In this document: one piece after another, positions 48,452 through 48,610 of the stretch
How the letters are laid out: each line of letters begins with the position of its first letter
How positions within the stretch are numbered: the stretch's first letter is position 1
Source of the DNA: Promethearchaeota archaeon
GTDB taxonomy: Archaea; Asgardarchaeota; Thorarchaeia; Thorarchaeales; Thorarchaeaceae
DNA: 48,610 nucleotides
Direction of reading: 5' to 3'
Assembly (NCBI GenBank): GCA_048939765.1
Contig: JBHLPF010000019.1
Span: 26,234 to 74,843, forward strand
The notes under the pieces: generated by a model
Told to the model about the DNA's origin: nothing
Seen by the model: the letters and a program-made list of their open reading frames with translations, nothing else
The model's database searches: none
Translations under genes and position numbers: made by a program

Positions 48452-48610
48452 GGGGGGCGATTGGTCAGTGAATTTCCTAATGCATAAGCCATTGGAACTT
48501 CTCTTCTACAAGGGACTTTGCATCAGATTCGAAACAGTCACCATGAGCAATAATCAATTTGTCAAAGTCCCACGAGAGGAGTGTTTCTAGTGATTGTCGA
48601 GCCAAATCGC

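Noticed and set aside
494-48590. Numerous short ORFs (60-160 aa) overlapping the long CDSs
   Set aside because: They lie antisense or out of frame within well-supported genes and show no recognisable motifs.

Overview
Gene-dense archaeal window, most likely from an Asgard archaeon (Thorarchaeia-like). This is an inference from DUF1614, Lrp, the thiolase/DUF35 pair, C-terminally anchored solute-binding proteins and the 'IDLSPL'-type LRR protein. Left part (0.4-14.6 kb): a kinase/M23/class-III aminotransferase triple fusion, a GH116 glycosidase, and a convergent operon with a GH94 phosphorylase and an Opp-type oligosaccharide ABC transporter. 14.8-18.7 kb: small accessory genes, one split by a frameshift. 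Centre (18.7-39.2 kb) is the main candidate for an undescribed system. It is an apparent catabolic regulon containing a pyrrolysine-free MtmB homologue with its corrinoid protein, an ABC importer with a fused permease, a surface class-I amidotransferase-like hydrolase, an M20 deacylase, two paralogous M28 hydrolases (one missing a metal site), an aminotransferase, a nitrilase, a CE4 deacetylase, an SDR and a putative RHH regulator. Three promoters in this block share an identically spaced ~57-bp element (TGTTCA-N4-TGWWCA-N4-TGTTGGCA-N13-TGTTCA-TATA), and two more carry phased variants. Right part: a thiolase-fold protein lacking its nucleophilic Cys plus a DUF35 partner. Behind them is an LRR-TPR gene bracketed by two diverged 94-bp copies of the DUF35 3' end, each with its own terminator hairpin, which looks like an insertion that replaced the gene's 3' end. 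No rRNA, tRNA, CRISPR array, integrase or transposase was recognised. All family calls come from motif recognition by eye; no database searches were run.
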